A DNA stretch of 64,000 nt from Alphaproteobacteria bacterium (GCA_045116295.1 JBGULQ010000013.1:67745-131744), one strand, 5' to 3'. Numbered from the stretch's first letter, positions 19,011-29,162 are shown. Translations and numbers: made by a program. Notes: generated by a model not told the origin, from the letters alone.

Positions 19011-19925
19011 TTAATTTTCCCCTTCAAAAGTTATACTCTTTAACTTAGACATATCGATATTTATTAAATCATAAAAAGTCAAAATATAGTTCAGCAATCC
19101 GGCATAATTTTCGAGTGGTGACCCCAGAACCATCCCGTTCACGGTAGTCCGTCCCTTCAATATCTGATTGTGATTACGCAATTGTTTGCGAGCTACCCAC
19201 ATATGCTGAAAATTAATATCACTATTAAGTTTCAATACATAATCTCTTATTGATGATAATAAATCCGGATATGTTCTGATTCGGTAGCTGTCATCATCTT
19301 CACCTTTAGGTTTTATCCCTTTGTCCGTAAACCAATCTTTCAGTTTATAAAGTGCATTACCTTGCTTTACCTCATCAGCCGTTCCCCAGTTGCTTTCCGC
19401 CGCCGCCACGGCAATTATGAGAGCTGGAGCCACCTGATCAACTCTGATCTCTAAATCGCTAAGCAAAATCTCATAGCGGTCTTTTCCCTTCATTCTCGTA
19501 AAAATATCATATTTTGTCGCTAATTTCTCAAGTTCTTTTACCTGTTTAGAAGATAATTTTCCATTCTTCTCAAAATCATTTCCCAGTTCCAAAATATGCC
19601 CTCGTTCCAACATAACTTCTTCATTAATTTTCAATGCCAATGGAGCCATAATCGCGATAAAAAGCCGATTACGAACATTTTGATCTTCAATTTCATTAAA
19701 ATCAACCGGCATACTTTCTAAAAAAATCGCCGGAATTTTTTTATCCTCAGTGACAAAATCGTGATACCCAAAATCTTCATATATTTTTTGCAAAACAGCT
19801 GCATTAACATTATTTATATACAGGCCATCAGGACGCAAATCCATTTTTAATTGTTCTGCCGCCGACACCGTATTAACCAGAACGAAAAAACACCAAAATA
19901 CATACTTTATCAAACTAACCATCAT
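19011..19925 (-). CDS. Glucosaminidase domain-containing protein (Bax-like), secreted
   Basis: 304 aa with a signal peptide. ALIIAVAAAESNWGT resembles the FlgJ/Bax muramidase-glucosaminidase ESGWG motif. Confidence 0.6.
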   Translation of the reverse strand: MMVSLIKYVFWCFFVLVNTVSAAEQLKMDLRPDGLYINNVNAAVLQKIYEDFGYHDFVTEDKKIPAIFLESMPVDFNEIEDQNVRNRLFIAIMAPLALKINEEVMLERGHILELGNDFEKNGKLSSKQVKELEKLATKYDIFTRMKGKDRYEILLSDLEIRVDQVAPALIIAVAAAESNWGTADEVKQGNALYKLKDWFTDKGIKPKGEDDDSYRIRTYPDLLSSIRDYVLKLNSDINFQHMWVARKQLRNHNQILKGRTTVNGMVLGSPLENYAGLLNYILTFYDLINIDMSKLKSITFEGEN

Positions 19926-20466
19926 ATTTTTCCACCGCTTTGACTTCTGAAATATAAGTTTTTAACAATTTTTCGACACCATCTTTCAGCGTTCTTTGTG
20001 CATATGGACATCCGACACATTTTCCCTGCAACTCCACATAAACCACACCATTCTCAAAATGTTTAAGTTTTATATCTCCCCCGTCTTTTTGAATTGCCGG
20101 TCTTATTCTGACGTTTATCAATCCCTCTATTTTACGCAACAGATTTTCCTCATCCGTATCATCACTTTCAATCACAATTTCGGCACCTGATGTCAAAAAA
20201 TCCATAATTTCCGCCAAAATTTGCGGTTTTAAAACTTCCCACGATATTGTAGATTCTTTGGTTACAGAAATACAATCCGGCGTTATCATAACCGAAGAAA
20301 TGTTTCCCAGATCGAACAAATTCTCCGCCAACGGAGATTTTCTGACAGATTTTGCATCACTATATTCGCTGCTGCTTTTTATATTTAATCCTCCTTCAGG
20401 ATAAAAATGCATTATATTTTCATCAATCGAATTTTGTGTTTCAATTCGCATTTTCAATTTCTCCAT
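19915..20466 (-). CDS. NifU/Nfu family Fe-S cluster scaffold protein
   Basis: 183 aa. Nfu N-terminal-like domain plus RPAIQKDGGDIKLKHFENGVVYVELQGKCVGCPYAQRTLK (CxxC). Confidence 0.85.
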   Translation of the reverse strand: MEKLKMRIETQNSIDENIMHFYPEGGLNIKSSSEYSDAKSVRKSPLAENLFDLGNISSVMITPDCISVTKESTISWEVLKPQILAEIMDFLTSGAEIVIESDDTDEENLLRKIEGLINVRIRPAIQKDGGDIKLKHFENGVVYVELQGKCVGCPYAQRTLKDGVEKLLKTYISEVKAVEKYDG

Positions 20467-21445
20467 TCAACCGAGCATTTATTTTCATCAAAACCTTTTC
20501 AGCCTTAACCACATAATAAGCCATACTCACCAAATGATTTGGCATTAGCGCACTGCTTAAATTACCGTTTAACACGACCTCGGGGCTAATTTCGACTGCA
20601 TCTTGCAACGCACGTAACATCACAGTCCAATCCTGATACAAATCATCAGCCGTCAGCACTTGCTTATAGTCTCTACCCAACTTGGTCAAAATCATCAATT
20701 GTGCATAGATTCGCCCCTGATTAAGATAAAAAACATTATCCGCAGAAGTATCAAACCAAGTTTTATTGCCTTCTCTTATTTCGTTTTTCAATTGTCTTTC
20801 TGCGGTTTTTAGCCCTCGTATTGCCGCATTATTTATATTGTATAGGCTTTTTTCATCTTTCAACCAAAAACATCTTTCTTCTTCTAACGAATTATTAAAC
20901 TTTTTCAGATTCTTTCGTGCTTTTCTATACTGACTTGAAGACGATGGAGCTATTTTTAACTTGTTTGTCGGCGACACTAACCACACATTTTCCGGATAAG
21001 CCAAAAAATTCATCGCATTTTTCAGATAATTCAAATCATCATCATTATCACCACAACGCACTGACTTGCTTAAACTGCGCATAAAACCCCTTACTCCTCT
21101 GACAATACCCTTCTGAAAATTAGGCATATTATCCAAGCAATACGCCGGAAAAAATAACGGAAGATTTGGCGTCCAAATATTTTGATTTACTTCCTTATCA
21201 ATCAAAACTTCTATAATTTCGATGGTTTGAGATTGTTTCTCTGACATAGAACTAAAATCATACTCTGTACGTTTATCAATATTTTCGCTCAACCTTCCGC
21301 CCAACGGATAATAAGCCAAAATCATCAAAGCCACTACAGAAATAAAAGCCTTCGGCCAATTGCTGAACAATTGCCCTACACAAGTTCCTGCTCCTCGAAC
21401 AATTTGCTTAAATTTGGTCAATAACTTGCGCACATATTTTTTCAT
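20441..21445 (-). CDS. Membrane-anchored protein, possibly DUF2333 family
   Basis: 334 aa with one N-terminal TM. The size and the CLDNMPNFQKG segment resemble my recollection of DUF2333. Not verifiable here. Confidence 0.4.
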   Translation of the reverse strand: MKKYVRKLLTKFKQIVRGAGTCVGQLFSNWPKAFISVVALMILAYYPLGGRLSENIDKRTEYDFSSMSEKQSQTIEIIEVLIDKEVNQNIWTPNLPLFFPAYCLDNMPNFQKGIVRGVRGFMRSLSKSVRCGDNDDDLNYLKNAMNFLAYPENVWLVSPTNKLKIAPSSSSQYRKARKNLKKFNNSLEEERCFWLKDEKSLYNINNAAIRGLKTAERQLKNEIREGNKTWFDTSADNVFYLNQGRIYAQLMILTKLGRDYKQVLTADDLYQDWTVMLRALQDAVEISPEVVLNGNLSSALMPNHLVSMAYYVVKAEKVLMKINARLNGEIENAN

Positions 21446-23025
21446 TTTTGTTTTCTCCTGCGCTTGATCATATTTTTTGCAAAAGTAAACACATCAACGA
21501 TTCCGCACAGTTTTATTGCTATCAAAAATACTAAAACCGCAATTGCGCCAATAACACCCAACAAAAACAATTTTATAAACACTGACAGTCCAAGCCAATC
21601 AGGAATACAATAACTCAAAAACACCCTTTCTGTATGCAAAACTCCCCCCATCAAGAGTGAGCAAAAGGCAATTTTTACCATCCTTATTTTCAGCTCTGCC
21701 GAAAAACTCCAAAAACCGCGTTTTTTTAATCCATGTACATATTGATATAATGAAACAAACGCCGCCAATGTTGTCGCAGAAGCAATCCCCACATGCCCGA
21801 ACGGCTTCATCAATATCACCGAAAATATCAAATTAGCAAACAATACTACTGCGCTATATTTTACCGGTGTTTTGGTATCGCCTCTGGCAAAGAAATTCGG
21901 CGTCATAGCCTTAACCATAACATACATTGGCAATCCGACTGCATATGCAATAACCGCTTTTGAAGTCATCAGCGTTTGTAATGCACCGAATTTTCCATGC
22001 TGAAACAAAATATTAACTGTCGGCAACGCTAAAACAATTAAGGCCACTGCCGCTGGCATTGACATCAGTGCACCATATTCTATAGCTTTATCTTGAGTAC
22101 GTTTAGCTGCAATTGTATCTTCTGATTTTACCTGTTTTGATAGTATCGGCAACAAAGCCACACCAATCGCCGCACCGACAACCCCCAGAGGCAACTGTTG
22201 CAACCTGTTGGCATAATACAGCCACGAAATCGCACCGGTTCCCACCAATGACACCAAAATTGTATCCACCATCATATTAATTTGGTATATACCGGCACCA
22301 AACACTCCCGGAGCGATTCGCTTAAACAAAGTCTTTATTTCCGGCGTTTTAAGCAAATTCAGAACATCTTTTTGCGGACAAATTTCCACACCTTGCCGCT
22401 TCAAAAAATACCTCAACCACAAAACCTCAAGCACACCCGCAACCGGAATGCCGATTGCAATTCTATATGCCGGTGTTGAAAATATCGGCATTAAAACAAA
22501 AACCGATGAAATCATTGTTAAATTGAGGATTACCGGTGTTGATGCCGGAGCTGCAAATTTTCCGAGAGAGTTCAAAATTCCTGATTGAAAAGAAACAATT
22601 GAAACCAATAACAAAAATGGAAACGTTATCCGCGATAAAAAGGTCGCCAACTCAATTTTTCCGGCATCATCGGCAAACCCAGGAGCCAAAACCATCACTA
22701 CCGCAGGCATAACAACTTCCATAACCAGCACAAACAACCCCACCAAAAGAGCTAAAACAGAAATCGCCTGTGCCGCAAATTTTACCGCCTGCTGTTTTCC
22801 CTCTCCAACCAGTTTCTGTGAAAAAATCGGCACAAAAGCGGCACTAAACGCCCCCTCTGCAAACAAACTTCTGAACAAATTAGGCAGCTTAAACGACACA
22901 AAAAAGGCATCAGAAACCATTCCTGCTCCCAAATAGTTCGCCAACACCACATCACGCAAAAAACCGGTTACTCTGCTGACAAGCGTCCATCCGCCAAAAG
23001 TTGTTATTGATTTTAATAAAGACAT
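21442..23025 (-). CDS. murJ: Lipid II flippase MurJ
   Basis: ORF 21442-23088. The ATG at 23025 gives MSLLKSITTFGGWTLVSRVTGFLRDVVLANYLGAGMVSDAFFVSFKLPNLFRSLFAEGAFSAAFVP, the canonical MurJ N-terminus. Confidence 0.95.
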   Translation of the reverse strand: MSLLKSITTFGGWTLVSRVTGFLRDVVLANYLGAGMVSDAFFVSFKLPNLFRSLFAEGAFSAAFVPIFSQKLVGEGKQQAVKFAAQAISVLALLVGLFVLVMEVVMPAVVMVLAPGFADDAGKIELATFLSRITFPFLLLVSIVSFQSGILNSLGKFAAPASTPVILNLTMISSVFVLMPIFSTPAYRIAIGIPVAGVLEVLWLRYFLKRQGVEICPQKDVLNLLKTPEIKTLFKRIAPGVFGAGIYQINMMVDTILVSLVGTGAISWLYYANRLQQLPLGVVGAAIGVALLPILSKQVKSEDTIAAKRTQDKAIEYGALMSMPAAVALIVLALPTVNILFQHGKFGALQTLMTSKAVIAYAVGLPMYVMVKAMTPNFFARGDTKTPVKYSAVVLFANLIFSVILMKPFGHVGIASATTLAAFVSLYQYVHGLKKRGFWSFSAELKIRMVKIAFCSLLMGGVLHTERVFLSYCIPDWLGLSVFIKLFLLGVIGAIAVLVFLIAIKLCGIVDVFTFAKNMIKRRRKQK

Positions 23026-23180
23026 ATTTATCTCTGGACAATTTATAAAAACAGTTACATTATAATTTAGAATATAAAATAAATCCAACCGATTTTTAGA
23101 TTAAATGCATTTTTTTGTTGACAAAACTTTTAAACCTTGAGATAATAGACAAAAAGATACATGAATTTAGGAGAAAATAA

Positions 23181-23456
23181 ATGGACGATATTCGAATTAA
23201 AATTATAGACGGACGCATAAGAAAAAATAATAAGCTTTCTAAAGCAAAGAAAGCTATGGAAAAAAGTCCGACCCTTATAGCTCACGGTTCCTGGAGTCAA
23301 GTTAAGGGAGAAATGAAAGAATTTTTACACGGCAGTAGTAAAGATTATGCCGACTTTAAAAAACTGGGACCAATCAAAAATTTGTCCCCTGAAGACCCAA
23401 GCTTGCGTTTGAACTATTCTCCAAAACAAGCTGAACAAACCCGTCAACGCGCTTAG
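23181..23456 (+). CDS. Hypothetical 91-aa basic protein
   Basis: AGGAGA sits about 7 nt upstream of the ATG. No family recognised. Confidence 0.5.
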   Translation: MDDIRIKIIDGRIRKNNKLSKAKKAMEKSPTLIAHGSWSQVKGEMKEFLHGSSKDYADFKKLGPIKNLSPEDPSLRLNYSPKQAEQTRQRA

Positions 23457-23499
23457 TTTAATTTTCTCCTAATAAAAGCATCACTTCCAAGTGGTGCTT

Positions 23500-24138
23500 T
23501 TACTTTTTATAACAATTAGTTATCTCCATCATCATCGGAACCGTTATCTTACTAACCACATCCGGATTCTTATAAAAATCACGCAAATATCTCTTCAGTT
23601 CCATCTGAATTACATTCGGTTTGCCCACACACTCTTGAAATTCTTTGGTAAAACCGCCTTTACCTGTATATTGAGGATAATTCACAATCACTCTTAAACC
23701 ATATTTTTCTATAACCTCTACAATATCACTTAAATACGGGCACTGCTCAGCATTGCACTTATAAATTCCCAAACAAACATCATACCCTATATCTTTATCA
23801 AAACCGTGCACATCAACAAAATAATGATCACACAATTTATGCTCTTTTACATAGTCAAAAATCGAAACCCTATAATCAACATACTTTGTCCTTATTATTG
23901 ACGACACATCACAAACTTCACCCACATATTGCACGATTGCTCCCGTATATAAGTCAGCCAATTTTTCTTTATTATTAACAAAAGTGCGTGTCGCATGCGG
24001 AGCAGAAAAAATCAACTTTGATTTTCTATCCTTAAACTCAAAAACATTTGCGCAATCTTCCGTTCCGCGAGAAAAATCACTGGCATATGCTATATCATAT
24101 TTTTTTAATATATCTATCATTTCGTAAATTCCAAACAA
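23500..24138 (-). CDS. Hypothetical protein, possibly N-formylglutamate amidohydrolase-fold hydrolase
   Basis: 212 aa. The order of FSAPHATRT, DLYTG, VDVHGF, NYPQYTGKGGFT and IQMELKR resembles the FGase family block order. This is by-eye only. Confidence 0.4.
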   Translation of the reverse strand: MFGIYEMIDILKKYDIAYASDFSRGTEDCANVFEFKDRKSKLIFSAPHATRTFVNNKEKLADLYTGAIVQYVGEVCDVSSIIRTKYVDYRVSIFDYVKEHKLCDHYFVDVHGFDKDIGYDVCLGIYKCNAEQCPYLSDIVEVIEKYGLRVIVNYPQYTGKGGFTKEFQECVGKPNVIQMELKRYLRDFYKNPDVVSKITVPMMMEITNCYKK

Positions 24139-24181
24139 AAGCTCCCCCTTTCGGAGGAGCTTTATGCTTTATCTTATGCGG

Positions 24182-26698
24182 TTACTTTCTGTTCTTAACC
24201 GGCATAGCTTCAGGAGCTTTTGCCTCCGGATTATCAATAAAGGCAGACACCGGCTCACGCCATACTTTTGGCTGAGGCTTAGCTTCTGGAAATGCTTTGC
24301 CGCAGATTTCAACACCCAAACTGCGCATAGCTGTTTCCATCGGCAGGAACAAGTGAGCTCCGTCAGGCGCACGGTGTGCAATACCTGTTACACGCCCTTT
24401 GTTATCCACCAAAGTTCCACCGACAACAGTTCCCTGATTGAAACTGTCAATCATAATTTCGGCAGCTCCGTCTTGAGTATAGCGATAGCTGTTAACTTTT
24501 TCGCTTTCTGCCATGCAGTCTGTACCATTGCCAACCTGTTTCAAACCGACAAATTGATAATAGTCTTTTCCGACAGCCGGCAACTCAAGATTCAGACCCA
24601 GAGGAGTATATTCAGCATTTTCGCTCAATACTAACAACGCGGTATTGCGACGCGGATTAGCTCTGAATGCCTTTGCTGAAAGTGTTTTGCCATTTGCTGT
24701 CTCAACAGTATAATGATTATTTGTGCGATCAATCAAATCTGCTGAAGTCATAACAAACTGCTCTGAAATCAACAAACCAGCTCCTTCTGTTCCATTTGCA
24801 TTTTTGATTTTAACAACCGAATTTCTCATTTTGCAAACATCAGAAGTGCCCATGTTGTCTACATCAGCTCTTTCAACAATACAAAGCTTGTCGGCCTCAA
24901 AAATTGCGCTTGATGCAACCGGCTCAGGTGTTTCAACTTTAACTTCATCTACAATATCAGATGCAACTGAAACAATGCCGGAATCTTCCACAATACGTGG
25001 CTCACAAATTCCGCTGGCCTTTTGAGCTTCCATTATAATTCTTCTCTGTTGCTCAATTTCATCTTTGCTGAGTCTTACCAACAATTTTTCCTCAAACCCC
25101 GGTTGGTTTTGCAATTTACTTGCAGCATCAGCAAAAGCGCGTTGAACCAGAACGGTTTCACCGTCATATTCACCGCCTGTCAGCTTGCCGTAACCTTTGG
25201 TTTCACCCTTCCACAACACATTGGTCTTGCTGATATCCATCAATCTCCAAACAACCGTCATTTCTGAAGTACCGTTACGACTGTTTTCCATTCTGACGTC
25301 GCCCCAATTATACTCATCACAAACGTCCAAATAAACATCTGTAATCTCGGCAGTCAAAACATATTCTGGCAGCACGCTGTTCTCATCAATACACTCTTGC
25401 ATATTAACGATCTTGTAGCAATCAGATACCATATCGGTAAAGATCTCATTGAAATTCATATCTTTTTCAAGAAGGCGACCCTCGTTCAAAACCGTATTCT
25501 TGGCATTTCTACGGCAACCGAAGATTCTAAAACGATAATTTCCCAAGTTGCGTGAATATGTTTTGCGATCACCATTACGATTAATTCTAAAATCAACCCA
25601 ATCCAAACTTATTGGCGCAAATGCCGAGCAATCACGAACTTCCGGTTTAACCTCTTTTTTAACACAAGCCGGTTTCGTCATTTCTTTGCATTTAGAACAT
25701 GGAGCCGCTCTTTTTTCGCAAGGAGTAGCCATTTTTGAGCAAGCACTGCATCTCTTAGAGCAATGTCCTTTTTTAGCGCAGCATCTTCCCTTCACAACAG
25801 CACCTTTTGACTCACAACCGCCTGATTCCAAAATTGCACCGCTGCTTTCCTGTACCTCAGTAACGCATGGTTGAGGAACATACGGCATCGGTTCCGGCAT
25901 AACGTTCATCACATAATTATTAGCGCACGGACAGCCGACCGGAACAGGAGCCGGAGCAACTTCTTGCGCCATAACCGAAACATTCATTGGCTCCGGAGCC
26001 GGAACAAATTCTGCACAAGGGCATACACTGCCATAAACAGGTAAAGGTGCCGGCATCGGTGTATACATAGGTGCAACAACCGGAGCAGGCGCCGTCTTTA
26101 CAGCGTGCATTTGTTTGCATTTTTTGCAAGCGGCACCGCCACCATGCTTTGCACAACTTTTGCATGATGTTCCGCCTAAAATACCGCCATCTTTATCGCG
26201 CTTACAACCACTGCCTCCGAATATACTACCCTGTCTGCTGCAAGGATCGTCTTCCAGTATTGCCCCTGAGTGAGATGACATAACAAACTCAGGACGAGGC
26301 TGCGGATTTCTAACATAATTGCGACTTTCTGTATATGTAGAAACCTGATTGCGACGAGCAACTTCCACATCATCAAGCGGTTTAAGATATCCTTTTTTAT
26401 AAGTGCTTACATTCGGTATAAACGGCACTCTTTGCGGAGCCGGACGATAATGCACTGTCGGTTGCACCGGCATCTCTGGTGCCGGTTCAAAAACGGGCAT
26501 CGGCATTGAGCAGTCATAATTTTTGACCACCGGCTGAATAACTTCTGGTTGATAACCGGTATATTTCACATATTTTGTAGCCGGACGCACTGTTTTTGCT
26601 CCACAAGTAGAACATGCAGATGCATTCTCCATTACCGGCAAACTAAAAATGCCGGCCAAAATCACTAAAAACAAAATTTTCGATATCTTTTTAATCAT
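24182..26698 (-). CDS. Large secreted protein: Cys/Pro-rich N-terminal half plus a degenerate trypsin-like (S1C-like) C-terminal domain
   Basis: 838 aa with signal peptide MIKKISKILFLVILAGIFSLPV. Repeated SGAILE...C..C..CxKC blocks and PAP-rich linkers. The C-terminal GAGLLISEQFVMTSADLI...NTALLVL...GTVVGGTLVDNKGRVTGIA aligns to HtrA-type GSGF..TNAHV / DLALL / GNSGGPL blocks, with H, D and S all substituted. Confidence 0.7.
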   Translation of the reverse strand: MIKKISKILFLVILAGIFSLPVMENASACSTCGAKTVRPATKYVKYTGYQPEVIQPVVKNYDCSMPMPVFEPAPEMPVQPTVHYRPAPQRVPFIPNVSTYKKGYLKPLDDVEVARRNQVSTYTESRNYVRNPQPRPEFVMSSHSGAILEDDPCSRQGSIFGGSGCKRDKDGGILGGTSCKSCAKHGGGAACKKCKQMHAVKTAPAPVVAPMYTPMPAPLPVYGSVCPCAEFVPAPEPMNVSVMAQEVAPAPVPVGCPCANNYVMNVMPEPMPYVPQPCVTEVQESSGAILESGGCESKGAVVKGRCCAKKGHCSKRCSACSKMATPCEKRAAPCSKCKEMTKPACVKKEVKPEVRDCSAFAPISLDWVDFRINRNGDRKTYSRNLGNYRFRIFGCRRNAKNTVLNEGRLLEKDMNFNEIFTDMVSDCYKIVNMQECIDENSVLPEYVLTAEITDVYLDVCDEYNWGDVRMENSRNGTSEMTVVWRLMDISKTNVLWKGETKGYGKLTGGEYDGETVLVQRAFADAASKLQNQPGFEEKLLVRLSKDEIEQQRRIIMEAQKASGICEPRIVEDSGIVSVASDIVDEVKVETPEPVASSAIFEADKLCIVERADVDNMGTSDVCKMRNSVVKIKNANGTEGAGLLISEQFVMTSADLIDRTNNHYTVETANGKTLSAKAFRANPRRNTALLVLSENAEYTPLGLNLELPAVGKDYYQFVGLKQVGNGTDCMAESEKVNSYRYTQDGAAEIMIDSFNQGTVVGGTLVDNKGRVTGIAHRAPDGAHLFLPMETAMRSLGVEICGKAFPEAKPQPKVWREPVSAFIDNPEAKAPEAMPVKNRK

Positions 26699-26711
26699 TG
26701 GTTGTCATCTC

Positions 26712-28235
26712 CTAAACCTTATATTCTGGCACTTTCCAACGCATGGACAGAGCCTCAGCTATATGTATCTTACGCAATTTAATTTCATTTTGCAAGTCCG
26801 CAATTGTCCTTGCTAACTTTAAAGTTCGATTATATCCTCTCGCGGATAATTTTACGCTATGTGCATAATTTAACAATAACTCTTTTGCCTCATCATCTAA
26901 AACTGCCGCCTCCTCGAGCATATCACCGCTGAGTTGCGAGTTCGTGTGCAAATCACTTCTGCCAAAGCTGTCAAATCTCTTTTGCTGAATTTCTCTGGCC
27001 GCAACCACTCGTTTTCTAATTTCGGCACTGCTTTCACCATCCGGCATTTTTGACATATCCCACGGGCTCACTGGCGGAACTTCAATTTGTATATCTATCC
27101 TGTCCAATAGTGGTCCGGATATTTTTGCCTGATATTCCTGTGCACACTTTGGAGCTCTTGTACACTCTCTTGAAGAAACTCCCAAATATCCGCACCGACA
27201 AGGATTCATTGCCGCAATCAATTGAATTTTTGCAGGAAACTCGACATGAGAATTCACTCTTGAAACGCTCACCACACCATTTTCGAGAGGCTGTCGTAAA
27301 GCTTCTAATGTTGAACGAGCAAATTCCGGCAGTTCGTCCAAAAACAAAACTCCATTATTAGCCAGTGAGATTTCCCCCGGTTTTGCCAACCTTCCGCCTC
27401 CGACCAAAGCAGGTGTCGAGGCGCTATGATGAGGAGCTCGAAACGGACGCACAAAATCCAGCCGATCACCTTTCAGCTCACCGGCAATAGACGCAATCAT
27501 ACTTGTTTCAATCGCCTCATTTCTTGTCATCAGGGGCAATATAGTCGGCAACCTAGCCGCCAACATTGATTTTCCTGATCCCGGAGGCCCTACCATTATC
27601 AGATTATGACCACCGGCAGCAGCAATCTCCAAAGCTCTCTTAGCACTCTCCTGACCTTTAACCTCACGCATATCAAGGCTTGATGTTTTTTCTACCTCTA
27701 CTTCCGGTTTTGGACAATGTATTTCAAGCTTACCGTTCAAATAATCAACCGCCTCGCTCAAAGTTTTAACCGGCGCAATATTTTTTACTTCCGCCCATGC
27801 AGCTTCGCCTTTCTGAACATCGGGACAAATAAAACCACACCCGATTTTTTCGGCTCTTATTGCCGCCGGCAAAACTCCCGCAACTTTAATGATTGCACCG
27901 TCAAGCCCGACCTCTCCGACTGCGACATATTCCGATAATTTTTCTTGTTTAATCAGCCCCATGCCACACAACAAACCAAGAGCTAGCGGCAAATCATAGT
28001 GTGTTCCTTCTTTTAAAATGTCAGCCGGAGCAAGATTAATTGTAATTCTCTTTGCCGGCAACTTAAGTCCCATCGAAAAAAGTGCCGCCCGAATTCGCTC
28101 TCTGCTTTCTGCAACAGCTTTATCCGGCAATCCCACTATCGTGAAAGCAGGCATTCCTGACAAAATCTGAACCTGCACCTCAATATCAACAATTTCCAGT
28201 CCTTTGAAGGCTACTGTTTTCACCCTTGAAAGCAT
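26712..28235 (-). CDS. yifB: YifB/ComM family Mg-chelatase-like AAA+ ATPase
   Basis: ORF 26712-28244 (GTG). An ATG at 28235 follows AGGTGG. Lon-protease-like N-terminal domain, Walker A MVGPPGSGKSM, Walker B VLFLDELPEF. Confidence 0.93.
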   Translation of the reverse strand: MLSRVKTVAFKGLEIVDIEVQVQILSGMPAFTIVGLPDKAVAESRERIRAALFSMGLKLPAKRITINLAPADILKEGTHYDLPLALGLLCGMGLIKQEKLSEYVAVGEVGLDGAIIKVAGVLPAAIRAEKIGCGFICPDVQKGEAAWAEVKNIAPVKTLSEAVDYLNGKLEIHCPKPEVEVEKTSSLDMREVKGQESAKRALEIAAAGGHNLIMVGPPGSGKSMLAARLPTILPLMTRNEAIETSMIASIAGELKGDRLDFVRPFRAPHHSASTPALVGGGRLAKPGEISLANNGVLFLDELPEFARSTLEALRQPLENGVVSVSRVNSHVEFPAKIQLIAAMNPCRCGYLGVSSRECTRAPKCAQEYQAKISGPLLDRIDIQIEVPPVSPWDMSKMPDGESSAEIRKRVVAAREIQQKRFDSFGRSDLHTNSQLSGDMLEEAAVLDDEAKELLLNYAHSVKLSARGYNRTLKLARTIADLQNEIKLRKIHIAEALSMRWKVPEYKV

Positions 28236-28237
28236 AT

Positions 28238-28603
28238 TTACCACCTGGGTGCAGTTTCACCGTCACGCCACCGTCTTGTAGGATAAGTACCGGTTTTAAG
28301 GTTGTCATAGCTGGCAATACCGCGCGGTAAATCTTCAACTCGCTTAAAACATTTCTGTTCCAACGCCCATGCGCACTCCTCAGCGCTAACCCCCGGAGTA
28401 TCTTGACAACAAGCCAATTCACCGGTTTCCTGATTTACCAAGAAAATTACCGACTGATGATTTTGCGGTTTTGTCCCCAACACCACAACTTCAGCTTCTT
28501 TTTCACATTCTTCTTCCGACCACATAACCGTTCCGCAATGCGTACATCCGACAACAAAAAAAAGCAAAAACAACACAATAGCACGGCTACTATATTTCAT
28601 CAC
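28238..28603 (-). CDS. Small lipoprotein, no family recognised
   Basis: 121 aa. Lipobox LFFVVGC after a signal peptide. Its stop lies 2 nt before the yifB ATG. Confidence 0.6.
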   Translation of the reverse strand: MMKYSSRAIVLFLLFFVVGCTHCGTVMWSEEECEKEAEVVVLGTKPQNHQSVIFLVNQETGELACCQDTPGVSAEECAWALEQKCFKRVEDLPRGIASYDNLKTGTYPTRRWRDGETAPRW

Positions 28604-28692
28604 TCAAATCCTTTAATTTCTAGTTTTTTCAAAGAATAAACGCTTTTATTTTCCTTTGCAATAAATTAAATCATGTTATTACCAAAAAAAGC

Positions 28693-28720
28693 TTGCCAAA
28701 TTAAAGTTTTAATGTATATT
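28693..28720 (+). promoter_or_regulatory. Putative sigma-70 promoter of rpsF-rpsR-rplI
   Basis: TTGCCA (28693-28698), 16-nt spacer, TATATT (28715-28720). This would leave a ~90-nt structured leader. Confidence 0.4.
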
Positions 28721-28814
28721 AAGCGACGTCCCTTGCCGGAGTCTGTACTTCGGCTATACATTAACCTCCCTTAGCAATAAGGGGTTTTGTTGAGAATCCA
28801 TAAGGAGTTTATAT

Positions 28815-29156
28815 ATGCAAAAATATGAAAGCGTGCTGATTGCACGTCAGGATCTCGGCGCATCGCAAGTAAATAACATTGTATCAGAACTTTCTGATGT
28901 TATCAAAAAAGAGGGCGGCGAGGTTGTAAGAGTTGATAACTGGGGTCTTAAGACTTTGGCTTATCGCATCAAGAAAAACCGCAAAGGACATTACGTATTG
29001 ATGAATATTTCAGCTCCGGCTTCTGCCATTGCTGAATATGAGCGTGTAATGCGCTTTAACGAAGACATCATTCGTTATATGACTTTGAAAGTTGATGAGT
29101 TCTGTGAAGGACTTGCATCTTCTGAAGACAAAGAAACTGTAGAAGAAGCGGAGTAA
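28815..29156 (+). CDS. rpsF: 30S ribosomal protein S6
   Basis: 113 aa. YESVLIARQDL...WGLKTLAYRIKKNRKGHYVLMN, with an acidic tail. Confidence 0.98.
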   Translation: MQKYESVLIARQDLGASQVNNIVSELSDVIKKEGGEVVRVDNWGLKTLAYRIKKNRKGHYVLMNISAPASAIAEYERVMRFNEDIIRYMTLKVDEFCEGLASSEDKETVEEAE

Positions 29157-29162
29157 TGGACC

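Noticed and set aside
24164-24634. 156-aa plus-strand ORF and neighbouring short ORFs at the 3' end of the 838-aa gene
   Set aside because: They are fully antisense to the trypsin-like domain coding region and have no independent signals.
28604-28814. Strand switch (mostly minus-strand genes to the left, plus-strand rpsF...engB to the right), considered as a possible replication origin
   Set aside because: There are no DnaA-box-like TTATCCACA repeats or AT-rich 13-mers in the spacer. Gene orientation flips back to minus at about 38.9 kb. It is better explained as a simple divergent promoter region.
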